Part shown: piece after piece, positions 1 through 9,474 of the stretch
Position numbering within the stretch: the first letter of the stretch is position 1
Layout: the number at the start of each line of letters is the position of its first letter
NCBI GenBank assembly: GCA_964583675.1
Contig: CAZOVH010000001.1
Coordinates: 145,754 to 209,753 of the forward strand
Reading direction: 5' to 3'
From: an uncultured Candidatus Saccharibacteria bacterium
GTDB taxonomy: Bacteria; Patescibacteriota; Saccharimonadia; CAILAD01; GCA-016700035
DNA length: 64,000 nt
Program-made: the position numbers and the translations under genes
The notes under the pieces: generated by a model
Database searches by the model: none
The model's input: the letters and a program-made list of their open reading frames with translations, nothing else
What the model was told of the DNA's origin: nothing

Positions 1-123
1 CGCTTCCAATATATTGGTTTTACCAGTGGCATTTGGCCCAAGTATCAAAAAGACCGGCTCATCAAGGATAAGCTCGAGGGATTCATACGAGCGAAAATGA
101 GAGAGATGCAAACGAGTTAGCAA
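1..123 (-). CDS. recF: DNA replication/repair protein RecF, N-terminal 41 codons (runs off window edge)
   Basis: Hand translation from TTG at 123: MLTRLHLSHFRSYESLELILDEPVFLILGPNATGKTNILEA (RecF FRxY motif plus Walker A GxNxxGKTN). GGAGG RBS upstream; directly follows dnaN. Not in ORF track. Confidence 0.9.
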   Translation of the reverse strand, partial: MLTRLHLSHFRSYESLELILDEPVFLILGPNATGKTNILEA

Positions 124-131
124 CGATCCTC

Positions 132-1229
132 CTAGCTACGTAGCGGCATGATCAGATGAGTATACTGGTTATTTTTCTCTACCGGAACCACTACGCATGG
201 ATCCAGCTTATCATTCAGTCGCAACTCCACCTCATCAGTAGAGATCACTCCAAGCGCATCAATCAGAAAACGAACATTAAGAGATATTGTCGCGTCAGCC
301 CCATCAAGTTTTAGTGAAACCTCCGAAGTATTTTCGCCCACTTGAGCCGCCTCAGCGTGTAACTGAAGTGTTGAACCAGAAGCCTTTAAGGTAATAGTGT
401 GGGCACTTTCTCGAGCAAAAATTCCAGCCAGTCGAGCCGCTTGGGTAAGCTCAGTGCGCGAAGTTTTTAGCTTTGTGGCAGCTTGAGAGGGGATAATCTG
501 TGTATAATTCGGAAAATTTCCTTCAATGAGGCGAGTAACGAGTTCTACATTATCGATTGTAACCCGGGCTTCAGATTTACCGAGCTCAAACGTAATCTCA
601 GCCGAGTCTGTAGCTCCCGCCAAACGCAAGACTTCTTGCACTGTGCGAAGGGGGAGGATTACTGTGGCTTCATTACCACCAGAGGAAGGAATGCGCATTT
701 CCGCTAGACGATAACTATCAGTTGCCGCAAAGATAAGCTCATCAGCAGAAGACTTCATATAAACACCCGCGAGAACTGGTCGAGATTCATCAAGCGATGC
801 AGCCACAGCAACTTTCGTGAGAGCATCCACTATTACATCTCTTTTCAGTACTAGGTTCTGAGGAGAATCAATTGCTGGAATTGCAGGGAACTCCTCGGCA
901 GACATAGCTTGAATTTGGACTTCCGCACCAGCTGCAGCAATTTCTAACTTATTCTCATCTCCAGAAAGCATAATTTTATCACTCTGTAGGCTCTGAAGGG
1001 TTTCTAGTAGGAGCTTAGCTGGAACGCAGACGACTCCAGTTTGCTCAGCCTTACAGCCAATCGTAACAGTAAGAGCAATCTCTAAATTTGTTGCCGAAAG
1101 ACTTAAAGAGGATTTATCAGCCTTTAAAAGTATATTGCCCAGAATAGGCAAGCTTGTTCTTGAACCAACTACTCGACTGACAGTAGCTACGGCTTTCACT
1201 AAGTTTTCTTGTACAACAGATATTTTCAT
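132..1229 (-). CDS. dnaN: DNA polymerase III beta sliding clamp
   Basis: 365 aa; LSATNLE, ATDSYRL and C-terminal LIMPLR motifs; downstream of dnaA. Confidence 0.98.
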   Translation of the reverse strand: MKISVVQENLVKAVATVSRVVGSRTSLPILGNILLKADKSSLSLSATNLEIALTVTIGCKAEQTGVVCVPAKLLLETLQSLQSDKIMLSGDENKLEIAAAGAEVQIQAMSAEEFPAIPAIDSPQNLVLKRDVIVDALTKVAVAASLDESRPVLAGVYMKSSADELIFAATDSYRLAEMRIPSSGGNEATVILPLRTVQEVLRLAGATDSAEITFELGKSEARVTIDNVELVTRLIEGNFPNYTQIIPSQAATKLKTSRTELTQAARLAGIFARESAHTITLKASGSTLQLHAEAAQVGENTSEVSLKLDGADATISLNVRFLIDALGVISTDEVELRLNDKLDPCVVVPVEKNNQYTHLIMPLRS

Positions 1230-1237
1230 GAGTTGGT

Positions 1238-1535
1238 CCTTTCTTTAATCTTTTATATATACATGGAAGTGGTAGTAATGGGTGCTGTGGAAACTGGGGA
1301 GAAGTGGTTTTTAGGGGCACTGGACTTCGAGAAGAATGTTCTTTGAAGATGTGTGGATGGGGTGTGCAAACTGGCTCTGGATGACGTGGGGATAAGCTGG
1401 TGATTGTGGAGAACGGAAGAGAGGGTAGGGATAACATGTGGAGAATTTTGGTGGTAAACCACAATTTGCCAACACTTTTTCCGCAACTTTTCCACGAGGT
1501 TATCCTCATGTTGTCCACAGGCAAACTGTGGACAA
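1238..1535. other. oriC, dnaA-dnaN intergenic part: DnaA-box cluster, DnaA-trios and AT-rich unwinding region
   Basis: A dozen or so TTATCCACA-like 9-mers (e.g. 1387-1395, 1405-1413, 1437-1445, 1500-1508, 1511-1519, 1527-1535). Minus strand reads TTCTCCCCA GTTTCCACA GCACCC ATTACTACCACTTCC ATGTATATATAAAAG. Confidence 0.88.
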
Positions 1536-1566
1536 AAACCGAAATTGTTCAGTAACTTTCGCATCG

Positions 1567-2973
1567 CTATGCCGCCATAAATTCTTGATGGATACGCTGA
1601 CGAACCTCAACTATCTCTTGAGTGACAGGGTCTTTAGATCTCATCAGGGTTTCGACTTTATCGCAGCCGTGCATGATAGTGGTGTGATCTCGCCCCCCTA
1701 AGTGACCCCCTATTTGAGGGAATGAAAGGTCGAGCTCGGAGCGCAAAATATACATTGCTATTTGACGAGGTAATACGATGTCTTTACTACGCCTTTTCCC
1801 GGAGAGGTCATCAGAACTGAGGCCATAATATTGAGCAATCTCTTCTATTACTTGCTTGGGACTTGGTTTGCGTCGGCTTCCGCCGGTCTGCGCTGGGCCA
1901 CCTAGAATTTGTGCGACAATCTCTAGTGATGGTTTTTCGTGGTGGAGTTCACAATGCATGTATACCTTGTTAAAACCACCCTCTAGCTCACGGATATTGG
2001 TCGAAATTCTCTCAGCAATAGCTTCAGCAATTTCAAGCGAGATAGAGAAATTTTTTTCTTCGGCCTTAGCCTGAATAATCGCAACGCGCGTTTCAAGGTC
2101 TGGCGGTTGAATATCTACTACCATGCCCCACTCAAATCGACTACGCAGACGCTCTTCCAGCTCGGGGATTTCCTTTGGAGGACGATCGGAACAGATGACA
2201 ATTTGCTTATTAGCTTGGTGGAGCGCATTAAACGTATGGAAGAATTCTTCCTGAGTTGTTTCTTTCTTTTTAATAAACTGAATATCATCTACAAAAAGCA
2301 CATCAACTTCACGGTATTTATTTGTGAAAGCTTCAGACTTACGCACTGAATCTACAAAGGTTTTATAAAATTCCTCAATGGTGATATACATCAGCTCGAG
2401 GTTTTTGTTGCGGCGAGTAAGCTCACCATAAATTCCCCACATAAGGTGTGTTTTTCCAACTCCAGCTGGGCCGTAGAGAAACAGGGGATTGTAGTCGGTG
2501 CCAGGCTTTTCGGCTACCAGTCGAGCGGCCGAGTGGGCTAATCGATTTGATGAGCCAACAATAAAGTTGTCGAAATTATAGCGCTCAACTAAGTGTTGCT
2601 TCTGATTGAAGAGATTTGGCTGAGGTGCAGTTTGACTTGTATTGCGGCCAAGTGATTTGCGGGGAGCTTGCATAGTATTAGGGAGTTCAAGCTCAACATT
2701 AGCGGGTTGTGCGGTGGAGCGAATAACGTAATCAATCTTTTCTATGCCTTCAATATGGTTGGCGAGGGCATCTAAAATATCGTTTTCAAACCGAGCCTTT
2801 ATTTGCGCGCTAGAAAAAGGATTGGGGACAACCAGTACGGCAGCGTTACCCTGAACCGACTCGAGAATAACGGGTTTTACAAATGTCTTAAAACTGTGAC
2901 CACTCAGGGAAACTTCAAGTTCTCCAAGTATTGTCTGCCAAATCGAATTTAAGTCAGAGCGTTGTTGCCCCAT
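1567..2973 (-). CDS. dnaA: Chromosomal replication initiator DnaA
   Basis: [36 protein letters not shown] motifs. Start moved to ATG 2973 (GAAGGAG 8 nt upstream); the track's extra 24 codons run over DnaA boxes. Confidence 0.98.
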   Translation of the reverse strand: MGQQRSDLNSIWQTILGELEVSLSGHSFKTFVKPVILESVQGNAAVLVVPNPFSSAQIKARFENDILDALANHIEGIEKIDYVIRSTAQPANVELELPNTMQAPRKSLGRNTSQTAPQPNLFNQKQHLVERYNFDNFIVGSSNRLAHSAARLVAEKPGTDYNPLFLYGPAGVGKTHLMWGIYGELTRRNKNLELMYITIEEFYKTFVDSVRKSEAFTNKYREVDVLFVDDIQFIKKKETTQEEFFHTFNALHQANKQIVICSDRPPKEIPELEERLRSRFEWGMVVDIQPPDLETRVAIIQAKAEEKNFSISLEIAEAIAERISTNIRELEGGFNKVYMHCELHHEKPSLEIVAQILGGPAQTGGSRRKPSPKQVIEEIAQYYGLSSDDLSGKRRSKDIVLPRQIAMYILRSELDLSFPQIGGHLGGRDHTTIMHGCDKVETLMRSKDPVTQEIVEVRQRIHQEFMAA

Positions 2974-3014
2974 ACTCACCACTCCTTCACATAGCTTTAT
3001 CTGTATACTACTAG

Positions 3015-3088
3015 TTTTCCACAGGCCTGCCAAGTATTTATCCACATACCACCCACAATATTCTGAGGGGCTGTGGATATGTGGACGA
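3015..3088. promoter_or_regulatory. DnaA boxes between dnaA and rpmH (second part of bipartite oriC, dnaA autoregulation)
   Basis: TTTTCCACA 3015-3023, perfect TTATCCACA 3038-3046, TGTGGATAT 3072-3080, TGTGGACGA 3080-3088. Confidence 0.8.
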
Positions 3089-3095
3089 GAAGGGG

Positions 3096-3124
3096 TTGAA
3101 ATATCAGGAGAAAACAGGTATACT
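3096..3124 (+). promoter_or_regulatory. sigma70 promoter of the rpmH operon
   Basis: TTGAAA-17 nt-TATACT, 9 nt before the rpmH ATG. Confidence 0.7.
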
Positions 3125-3133
3125 ACTGCAGAT

Positions 3134-3268
3134 ATGAAACGAACTCATCAACCAAAGAAACGCCGTCGCCAACGAGTGCACGGATTTATGGCTCGTATGA
3201 AGACTCGAGTTGGTCGCGCAGTTTTGAAGCGTCGTCGACTTAAGGGTCGGTCACGCGTAGCTATCTAA
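3134..3268 (+). CDS. rpmH: 50S ribosomal protein L34
   Basis: Hand translation [44 protein letters not shown] (44 aa, below track cutoff); canonical position. Confidence 0.97.
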   Translation: MKRTHQPKKRRRQRVHGFMARMKTRVGRAVLKRRRLKGRSRVAI

Positions 3269-3282
3269 GAGGTAGGCAACCC

Positions 3283-3618
3283 ATGTTTGCGCGCTCACAG
3301 CGCCTCAAAAAAAGCTCTGACATTGCTCGTGTATATAAGCGGGGAAACAGAGCTTTTTCAGATCATCTAAAAGTGCACTTCCTAGCTAATCCGCGAGGCG
3401 GAATGCGTGTAGCGGTTGTGGCTTCCAAAAAGCTTAATAAGCGGGCTGTCGTTCGCAATCGGGCAAAACGCCGAGTTCGTGAGCTGTTAAAAGCAGAGCT
3501 AATAGGTGCGACGTATGCTGGATTTGATATACTGGTAACCATACAGGCGGGCATTGAAGATGTGAGCATCGATGTCTTGCGGCGAGAGGTGCAAAAAATT
3601 GTTGGAAGGATACGTTAA
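3283..3618 (+). CDS. rnpA: Ribonuclease P protein component
   Basis: AVVRNRAKRRVRE RNR motif; follows rpmH. Confidence 0.95.
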   Translation: MFARSQRLKKSSDIARVYKRGNRAFSDHLKVHFLANPRGGMRVAVVASKKLNKRAVVRNRAKRRVRELLKAELIGATYAGFDILVTIQAGIEDVSIDVLRREVQKIVGRIR

Positions 3619-3870
3619 GTGCGACGAGCTGTACAAAAAGTAATTCGTGGTTATCAGCGCACATTATCGCCTGATCACGGGGCACTTAAAGTGTTTTATC
3701 CATATGGCTGTTGCCGGTTTTATCCCACCTGTAGCGAGTATACGCACGAAGCGATCGGTAAGTACGGAATTGCAAAAGGGGGCGCACTCGCAGTAAAGCG
3801 ACTAGGGCGCTGTCATCCATGGAGTGCTGGCGGCATAGATCTAGTGCCTGATATAGGAAAGAAAGGTTAA
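3619..3870 (+). CDS. yidD: Membrane protein insertion efficiency factor YidD
   Basis: [10 protein letters not shown] and RCHPW..GG.D motifs. Confidence 0.95.
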   Translation: MRRAVQKVIRGYQRTLSPDHGALKVFYPYGCCRFYPTCSEYTHEAIGKYGIAKGGALAVKRLGRCHPWSAGGIDLVPDIGKKG

Positions 3871-3873
3871 AAA

Positions 3874-4698
3874 ATGTTCGATACGATTTTTGTTCAGCCA
3901 TTAATGAATGTCCTGTTCTTTATATATGGCATAATTCCGGGTCACGATTTTGGTGTGGCGGTAATTATTATGACGGTACTTATTCGTTTTGCGTTGTGGC
4001 CAGTTATGGCGAAGCAGCTGCATTCGCAAAAGAAGATGCAGGCACTGCAGCCAGAGATTGCTAAAATCCGAGCCGAAACTAAAGGCGATAAACAGCAAGA
4101 GAGTGCTCGCCTAATGGAGCTTTATAAGGAAAAGGAAATTAACCCTCTCGCTTCGTGTTTGCCGCTCATCATTCAGTTGCCTTTCTTAATCGCGCTGTTT
4201 GCCGTGTTTAGTCGTGCAACACAGGGGATAGAAGTGGTTGCGCCTTTACTTTACGGCCCGGTGAAAAACCTTCCTTGGATTCAGCAGGTTATTCAAAATC
4301 CAAGCCTATTTTCTGCTGAACTTTTTGGAATTGTAAATCTTGCGGCTAAAAACAATATTATTCTCGCGCTCATTGCTGGTGCTACGCAGTATTACCAGGT
4401 TTGGCAGATTACTCCAAAGAATGTTGATGCTAACGACCCAAGTGCTGCTGCTAATAAGATGATGACTTGGATGTTCCCGCTTCTTACTGCTTGGATTGGG
4501 TATACATTGGTAGCTGCATTACCGCTTTATTGGGCAGTATCAAATGGGATCAGTATTTTGCAACAAACCCTGATTATGCGTGGTGAAGTTGATAAAATGG
4601 AAGAAGCCAAAGTGGTAACAAAGGTTCGTGAAGTAGGTGCTCCATCAACAGCAAAAAAGACTAAGAGTAAGGGTAAGTCTAAACGAAAGAAGGGGTAG
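3874..4698 (+). CDS. yidC: YidC/Oxa1 membrane protein insertase
   Basis: LQPEI..., NPLASCLPLIIQLP, LPLYW motifs; synteny. Confidence 0.95.
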   Translation: MFDTIFVQPLMNVLFFIYGIIPGHDFGVAVIIMTVLIRFALWPVMAKQLHSQKKMQALQPEIAKIRAETKGDKQQESARLMELYKEKEINPLASCLPLIIQLPFLIALFAVFSRATQGIEVVAPLLYGPVKNLPWIQQVIQNPSLFSAELFGIVNLAAKNNIILALIAGATQYYQVWQITPKNVDANDPSAAANKMMTWMFPLLTAWIGYTLVAALPLYWAVSNGISILQQTLIMRGEVDKMEEAKVVTKVREVGAPSTAKKTKSKGKSKRKKG

Positions 4699-4702
4699 GG
4701 GG

Positions 4703-5170
4703 ATGAAAATTTCTGAAGAGCACCTAGCAAGCGCAAAACAAATTATTGCAGATATGCTCACAGCTATGGGGTTCGAAGAATTTACGGTGTATGAAGACCA
4801 GCTGGAAAGTCGGCAAATTCTCTCGATCGCTGCAGATAACCAAGCAGTTTTAATTGGTCGCAAAGGTGAGAGCCTGACGGCTTTTCAGTCATTATTTAAT
4901 GCTGTTTTAAAACACAAAGATCCTACGGCTCCTTTTATTACTATTGATATCGCCGGGTATAAAAAAGAGCGCATTGAAAAGGTGATGCGGATTGCCGAGG
5001 AGACAGCGCAAAAAGTTCGAGACTATGGCCGCGAACAAGAGATGCGGCCTATGAATGCATTTGAGCGTCGAGTGGTACACATGGTGTTAGCCGAAATGCC
5101 TGAACTGGAAACAGAAAGTGTTGGTGAAGACCCAAATCGAAAAGTAATCGTTCGTTTGAAGCAGACCTAG
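4703..5170 (+). CDS. jag: Jag/KhpB RNA-binding protein (KH + R3H)
   Basis: LIGRKGESL KH motif and MNAFERRVVH R3H motif; start moved to ATG 4703. Confidence 0.9.
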   Translation: MKISEEHLASAKQIIADMLTAMGFEEFTVYEDQLESRQILSIAADNQAVLIGRKGESLTAFQSLFNAVLKHKDPTAPFITIDIAGYKKERIEKVMRIAEETAQKVRDYGREQEMRPMNAFERRVVHMVLAEMPELETESVGEDPNRKVIVRLKQT

Positions 5171-6939
5171 TCGACCGGCGGGAAGTCGAGTGATGATCGA
5201 TAGGTTGTGTAGAATGTGTTGGTCTTAGAAACTTGACCGTTTGTGACGATGTCACGATAGAATACTGTCTTTGATGGTTGAGTTGCATCGTTGCTACCGC
5301 TAACAAAGTAGGGTCCTCGAATAACACCACTTTTTTCTTTAGTCCCATAAAAACGGAATTTTAGTGTAGTACCAACCATTTCGGTTTGAATAAGTATGTG
5401 GTGGGACGTGTCGTTTCTAAACTTAAAATCTACCTGCGGATAGTAAATAGTTGCGTCAACACCTGGAACCCCATATGGAGCAGTGTAGTATTCGACTGCA
5501 AACGAGTGGTTGTATCTTTCAAGGATTGGTAGACCAGCCAGCAGGGCAGCACGAAATGCGGTTGAGCTTACTTGGCAGAGCCCGCCACCGTATTGGCTTT
5601 CGGTCCGGCCTTCAAGGATAACACGCCCCTCCTTATAGCCTTGTTCGGGTCCGACCTTTCCGAGGATTTCACCAAAACTAAACACTTGGCCAGGCTTAAG
5701 GAGTACGCCATTATATCTTTTGGCTCCAACCCGTACATTAGTGAGGCGGTTTGCAGATGAGCCAGGGAAGTACGATACGCCTTCTGATAACAGTTCCTTA
5801 ATTCCGAGCTGATCAATGGTTTCGCTCGTTACATCAGCTTTAGTTACGACAACCGTGAGTGGAATGGTAGTTTCTACAGTTTCGGACAGAATCGTTTCAG
5901 AAATGGTCTTTGCGGTGGTGTCGAGATCTACTGCGCGGCCATCTTGGCTTTGCTGAAACACGGTAGCACGATCGCCTTCGACGGTAAGTGTAGCATCAAC
6001 TGCTTTTTGGTTAATATCTTTTGCAACCGAGCTAAGGTAGCTCTTGATGCGTGATGAATCCATTCCTAGCTGGGTGAGAGCTTCGGGTTGTTGGAGATAG
6101 TAGTTTTGGACTAAGTCTTGGCGCAGAGGCATAGTGCCATCCGAATAGCTGAGCCAGCTTAGGAGTTCTTGGGTTGGTACGGTCCAGGTTCTTTTTTCAA
6201 ATGTGAGTGTCATTGGTGTGCGTACGTACGGCTCGAGATTAGCCCTTTTTTCTTCGAGAGCAGAGCTAGTGACGGAAGCTGTTTGCGTGTGTGTTGTTAC
6301 TACTACATTGCTTCTTTGTAACTTGGTAACGATATCTGTGTAGTCTGTGATGAAGCCCCCCAAATTCATACGGGTGCCCGGTTGACTATCATTAACTATG
6401 AGGCTGCCTTGCTCACCAGCTGTATAGCTAGCGTTTTGCACGGGAACAGCTAGGCTCTTAGAAAGCGGCTGTAAAATAGCGTAAAGCTTTGTGGTGTTAT
6501 AGGTGACTTGCCCGTCACTATTGCTATTTATACCAAGCAGAAGGCCTGCCTGATCGGAGACTTGCTGGAAGGCTTGGCCATTGCGACCTTTTTGATAGGC
6601 TGCCGCTAGGTCATCTTGTATGGCATAGCGTAATTCAACTTCCGAGGCGGGGATAGAGGCGGTTTCTTCTGATGCATCGCTTTTAACGACAATTGTGGAG
6701 GATTCGATATATTGCTGAGTTTCTTTTTCTACTAAAGCTTGAGCTTCGGTCTTTGTGAGGCCACCCACATACACACCATATACCTTCACGCCTGGAAGGA
6801 ATCTACCCTGATAGGCTAGGCGTAAAACTCCAAGTAAAATAATCACAAACAGGGCAGCGCCGACAATAATTAGGAAGGCTATTTGCCAGCGTTTAAGTCG
6901 GTATTTTGTGGGCAATGAGAACTGCTCGGATGGATTCAT
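5167..6939 (-). CDS. VanW family protein with PG_binding_4-type repeats and N-terminal membrane anchor
   Basis: GGGLCQVSSTAFRAAL and DATIY..DFKFRN VanW motifs; start moved to MNPSEQ at 6939. Confidence 0.88.
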   Translation of the reverse strand: MNPSEQFSLPTKYRLKRWQIAFLIIVGAALFVIILLGVLRLAYQGRFLPGVKVYGVYVGGLTKTEAQALVEKETQQYIESSTIVVKSDASEETASIPASEVELRYAIQDDLAAAYQKGRNGQAFQQVSDQAGLLLGINSNSDGQVTYNTTKLYAILQPLSKSLAVPVQNASYTAGEQGSLIVNDSQPGTRMNLGGFITDYTDIVTKLQRSNVVVTTHTQTASVTSSALEEKRANLEPYVRTPMTLTFEKRTWTVPTQELLSWLSYSDGTMPLRQDLVQNYYLQQPEALTQLGMDSSRIKSYLSSVAKDINQKAVDATLTVEGDRATVFQQSQDGRAVDLDTTAKTISETILSETVETTIPLTVVVTKADVTSETIDQLGIKELLSEGVSYFPGSSANRLTNVRVGAKRYNGVLLKPGQVFSFGEILGKVGPEQGYKEGRVILEGRTESQYGGGLCQVSSTAFRAALLAGLPILERYNHSFAVEYYTAPYGVPGVDATIYYPQVDFKFRNDTSHHILIQTEMVGTTLKFRFYGTKEKSGVIRGPYFVSGSNDATQPSKTVFYRDIVTNGQVSKTNTFYTTYRSSLDFPPVD

Positions 6940-7001
6940 AGTATGCGCGTATGGCTCCGTAACTATACATAGTATAACTGGTTTTTGTTCGGTGCGCGAA
7001 T

Positions 7002-7029
7002 AAAAAATCCCCACGCGCAAACGTGGGGA
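7002..7029 (-). terminator. Intrinsic terminator of the 7036-8247 gene
   Basis: 8-bp stem TCCCCACG/CGTGGGGA followed by T6 on the minus strand. Confidence 0.8.
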
Positions 7030-7035
7030 GAGGGT

Positions 7036-8247
7036 TTAGCTAGCTCTGCCAGTCCAGGTTCCGTCCGCCCATGACCAGCCAGCGTACGGACCGAAAGCTG
7101 CTGTGTTGATTCCGGTGACGTGGACGGTTTTTCCGGAGCTAACAAACTGTCCGCCACCAATCGAAAGCATGACGTGACCGTAGTAGCCGTTTTGCCACGA
7201 TGGTTTGAAGAAGGCGAGAGCGCCAGCTGGCACATTGGTGTCTCCGGCGTGGAACTGCCCGGAGTTGATTTTCTGATACATGTTGGCCTTAGCGCTGAGG
7301 TAGCGTCCGGTAGTTCCGAAAGCGTTTTCAACAAAGCGCTCACACAGATTTCTGTATCCGGTATTCCCGACTATGCTACGTGCCCAGTTGATGGCACGCT
7401 GTTCGCGCAGGCTTGTGCAGCTGGGCGCATCGCCGCTGACAGGATAGACAGCGGTGTAGGCCTGAGTCATTTCAACCGAAACTTGGCGCACGTTGCCCCA
7501 ACCCCCATAGCACTGGTCGAGTTGAGTTGTACTTGTTACGGTGTAACTCCGTCCTCCAAGGATGACATAAGTTGCGGGGCCATATCCTGCTGAATAGTAC
7601 AGGTTGCGTTCTGCGAGTGGGGTGAAAGGCTTGGCGCCCAGATCGGCTCGCCACACGATGGATCCACTCTGGAAATCCTGACGCGTGACACCATTCCAGG
7701 AATACTCATTGCTGCGTGGATAACCGAGCCAGCCATCGGCGCCACCTTGTGAGATGAAGTAGTCACGAATGCCGCCATGTACTCCGTAGGCTTGCCCGAC
7801 AGCGTCGCCTCGCATGACCAGCGTCCAGCCCCAGCTGCCGTAGTTGAAGTCTTGAGTCCAGCCTGCAGCCCAGCGATGTGAGTCGTTGTAGGGATAGCCG
7901 ACCGTCTGGCTGCCCATTCTCACGACGTACTGCCAGTGTTGTCCAACTACAGGGAACACCATCGACTGATTGCAGGTCGGTGACATCAGCGCTGCATCGC
8001 TGAAAGACCCACCACCGTAGTCTTGCAAGCAGCCGTTGTTCCACCAGTGCACACCGTTTTCGGCGCTGCCAATTGCGTTTCCCCCTCCGATGCGGTTGTA
8101 GGCTGCCACCCAAGCTGGGCCTGAGCCACCCTCACCTACGGTGGCAGCTCCTGCAGATGGAGCTGCCAGCACCGCGAAGACCGTGCCTATGAATACTGCA
8201 AGCAGTACCCGTAGGCTCACCCTCCAGGCCTTTGTGTGTGTCGCCAT
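7036..8247 (-). CDS. Secreted LGFP-repeat protein with C-terminal NlpC/P60-CHAP-like hydrolase domain
   Basis: Signal peptide ending APSAGA-A; LGFP repeat GWLGYPRSNEY...QDFQSGSIVW; catalytic-like LCERFV ... YGHV; visibly GC-richer than neighbours. Confidence 0.75.
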   Translation of the reverse strand: MATHTKAWRVSLRVLLAVFIGTVFAVLAAPSAGAATVGEGGSGPAWVAAYNRIGGGNAIGSAENGVHWWNNGCLQDYGGGSFSDAALMSPTCNQSMVFPVVGQHWQYVVRMGSQTVGYPYNDSHRWAAGWTQDFNYGSWGWTLVMRGDAVGQAYGVHGGIRDYFISQGGADGWLGYPRSNEYSWNGVTRQDFQSGSIVWRADLGAKPFTPLAERNLYYSAGYGPATYVILGGRSYTVTSTTQLDQCYGGWGNVRQVSVEMTQAYTAVYPVSGDAPSCTSLREQRAINWARSIVGNTGYRNLCERFVENAFGTTGRYLSAKANMYQKINSGQFHAGDTNVPAGALAFFKPSWQNGYYGHVMLSIGGGQFVSSGKTVHVTGINTAAFGPYAGWSWADGTWTGRAS

Positions 8248-8355
8248 CGTTCACTCCTTGTGACTTGCGAATGGGACCACTCCACCATACTGAGATAAGC
8301 GTTTTATCTGCAAGCATGTGCGACATCAGTAGGAAATAGTCGGTATAATAGCTGT

Positions 8356-9474
8356 ATGGCACGAATTCTTATAGACGGTCGATGGATGAAAGATAGCGGA
8401 ATTGGTCGCTATGTAGAAAACCTCACACTCGAAGTTGTTAAACAGGATGCGAAAAATACTTACATCATCTTGGTGAAAAAGGGTGAGTCTGATTGTTTAC
8501 CACTTCCAAAAGGTAAGGTTGAATATGTTGAGACCGATATCGCCTGGTACACACCACAAGAGCAAATCGCGCTCCCTAAAATTATCGAAACTCACAAGCC
8601 GGATTTGGTGCATTTTACAAATTTTAATATTCCACTTGGCTATCGAAAGCCATTTGTAGTCACTATTCACGACCTTACCCTCTTAAAGTACAAAAGTATT
8701 CGTGGAGGACTCTTGGCTCCCTTTACATACCGACTGAAAGACGTGGTGATGCGCCACGTTCTTAAGACTGCCGTGAAGCGTAGCAAACTGATTTTTACAC
8801 CGAGCCAGTTTGTGGCCGAAGATGTTGCTCGACAGTATCGTTGTGATTTAGGCAAAATAATTGTTACACACAATGCAGCCGATGGCCTGACGCAAACCGG
8901 ACGTGTGAATCTAGCAAAGTATGGGATCGATAAGCAGTTTCTGTTGTGTGTCGGGAATCCCTACCCGCACAAAAATATTGAACGTCTTTTGAAGGTATTC
9001 GCACAGCTCGTTAAAAACGAACAAGTTGCTTATCAGCTTGTAGTCGTAGGACGAGATAACGAATTTATGGCTCGCCACAAAAAACTTGTTAAAAAACTTA
9101 AGCTCGAAGATCGAGTGGTTTTTCCAGGCTATGTCAGTGACGCCGAACTGGCTGGCATTTATCAAAAAGCCACCCTTTATGTGTTTCCATCCCTTTCGGA
9201 AGGTTTTGGTATTCCTGGTTTGGAAGCCATGAAATATGGTGTTCCGGTAGCTAGCTCTAATGCTACCTGTCTTCCGGAAATTTTAGGCGATGCTGCTGCA
9301 TATTTTGATCCCAAAAATACGCAGGATATAGCAAAGGTCATAGGTGAGTTGATGCAAGACGAAGTGCGTCGTAAGCAGCTTGTGAGCTTAGGTTACAAAC
9401 AAGTGAAAAAATATGCTTGGAGCACATCTGCCAAAGAACTTATTCGTGGCTACAACAAAGCACTTAAGGGCTAG
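8356..9474 (+). CDS. Glycosyltransferase family 4 (GT-B)
   Basis: SGIGRY, PHKN and EGFGIPGLEAM motifs. Confidence 0.92.
   Translation: MARILIDGRWMKDSGIGRYVENLTLEVVKQDAKNTYIILVKKGESDCLPLPKGKVEYVETDIAWYTPQEQIALPKIIETHKPDLVHFTNFNIPLGYRKPFVVTIHDLTLLKYKSIRGGLLAPFTYRLKDVVMRHVLKTAVKRSKLIFTPSQFVAEDVARQYRCDLGKIIVTHNAADGLTQTGRVNLAKYGIDKQFLLCVGNPYPHKNIERLLKVFAQLVKNEQVAYQLVVVGRDNEFMARHKKLVKKLKLEDRVVFPGYVSDAELAGIYQKATLYVFPSLSEGFGIPGLEAMKYGVPVASSNATCLPEILGDAAAYFDPKNTQDIAKVIGELMQDEVRRKQLVSLGYKQVKKYAWSTSAKELIRGYNKALKG

Noticed and set aside
1117-1701. Track ORFs over the dnaA-dnaN gap (1117-1524, 1253-1564, 1438-1701)
   Set aside because: Low-complexity translations produced by the DnaA-box repeats of oriC
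2974-3045. N-terminal extension of DnaA
   Set aside because: Overlaps DnaA boxes; a good RBS precedes ATG 2973
6963-8362. Several alternative-frame ORFs over the LGFP gene
   Set aside because: Expected shadow ORFs in GC-rich DNA; no motifs
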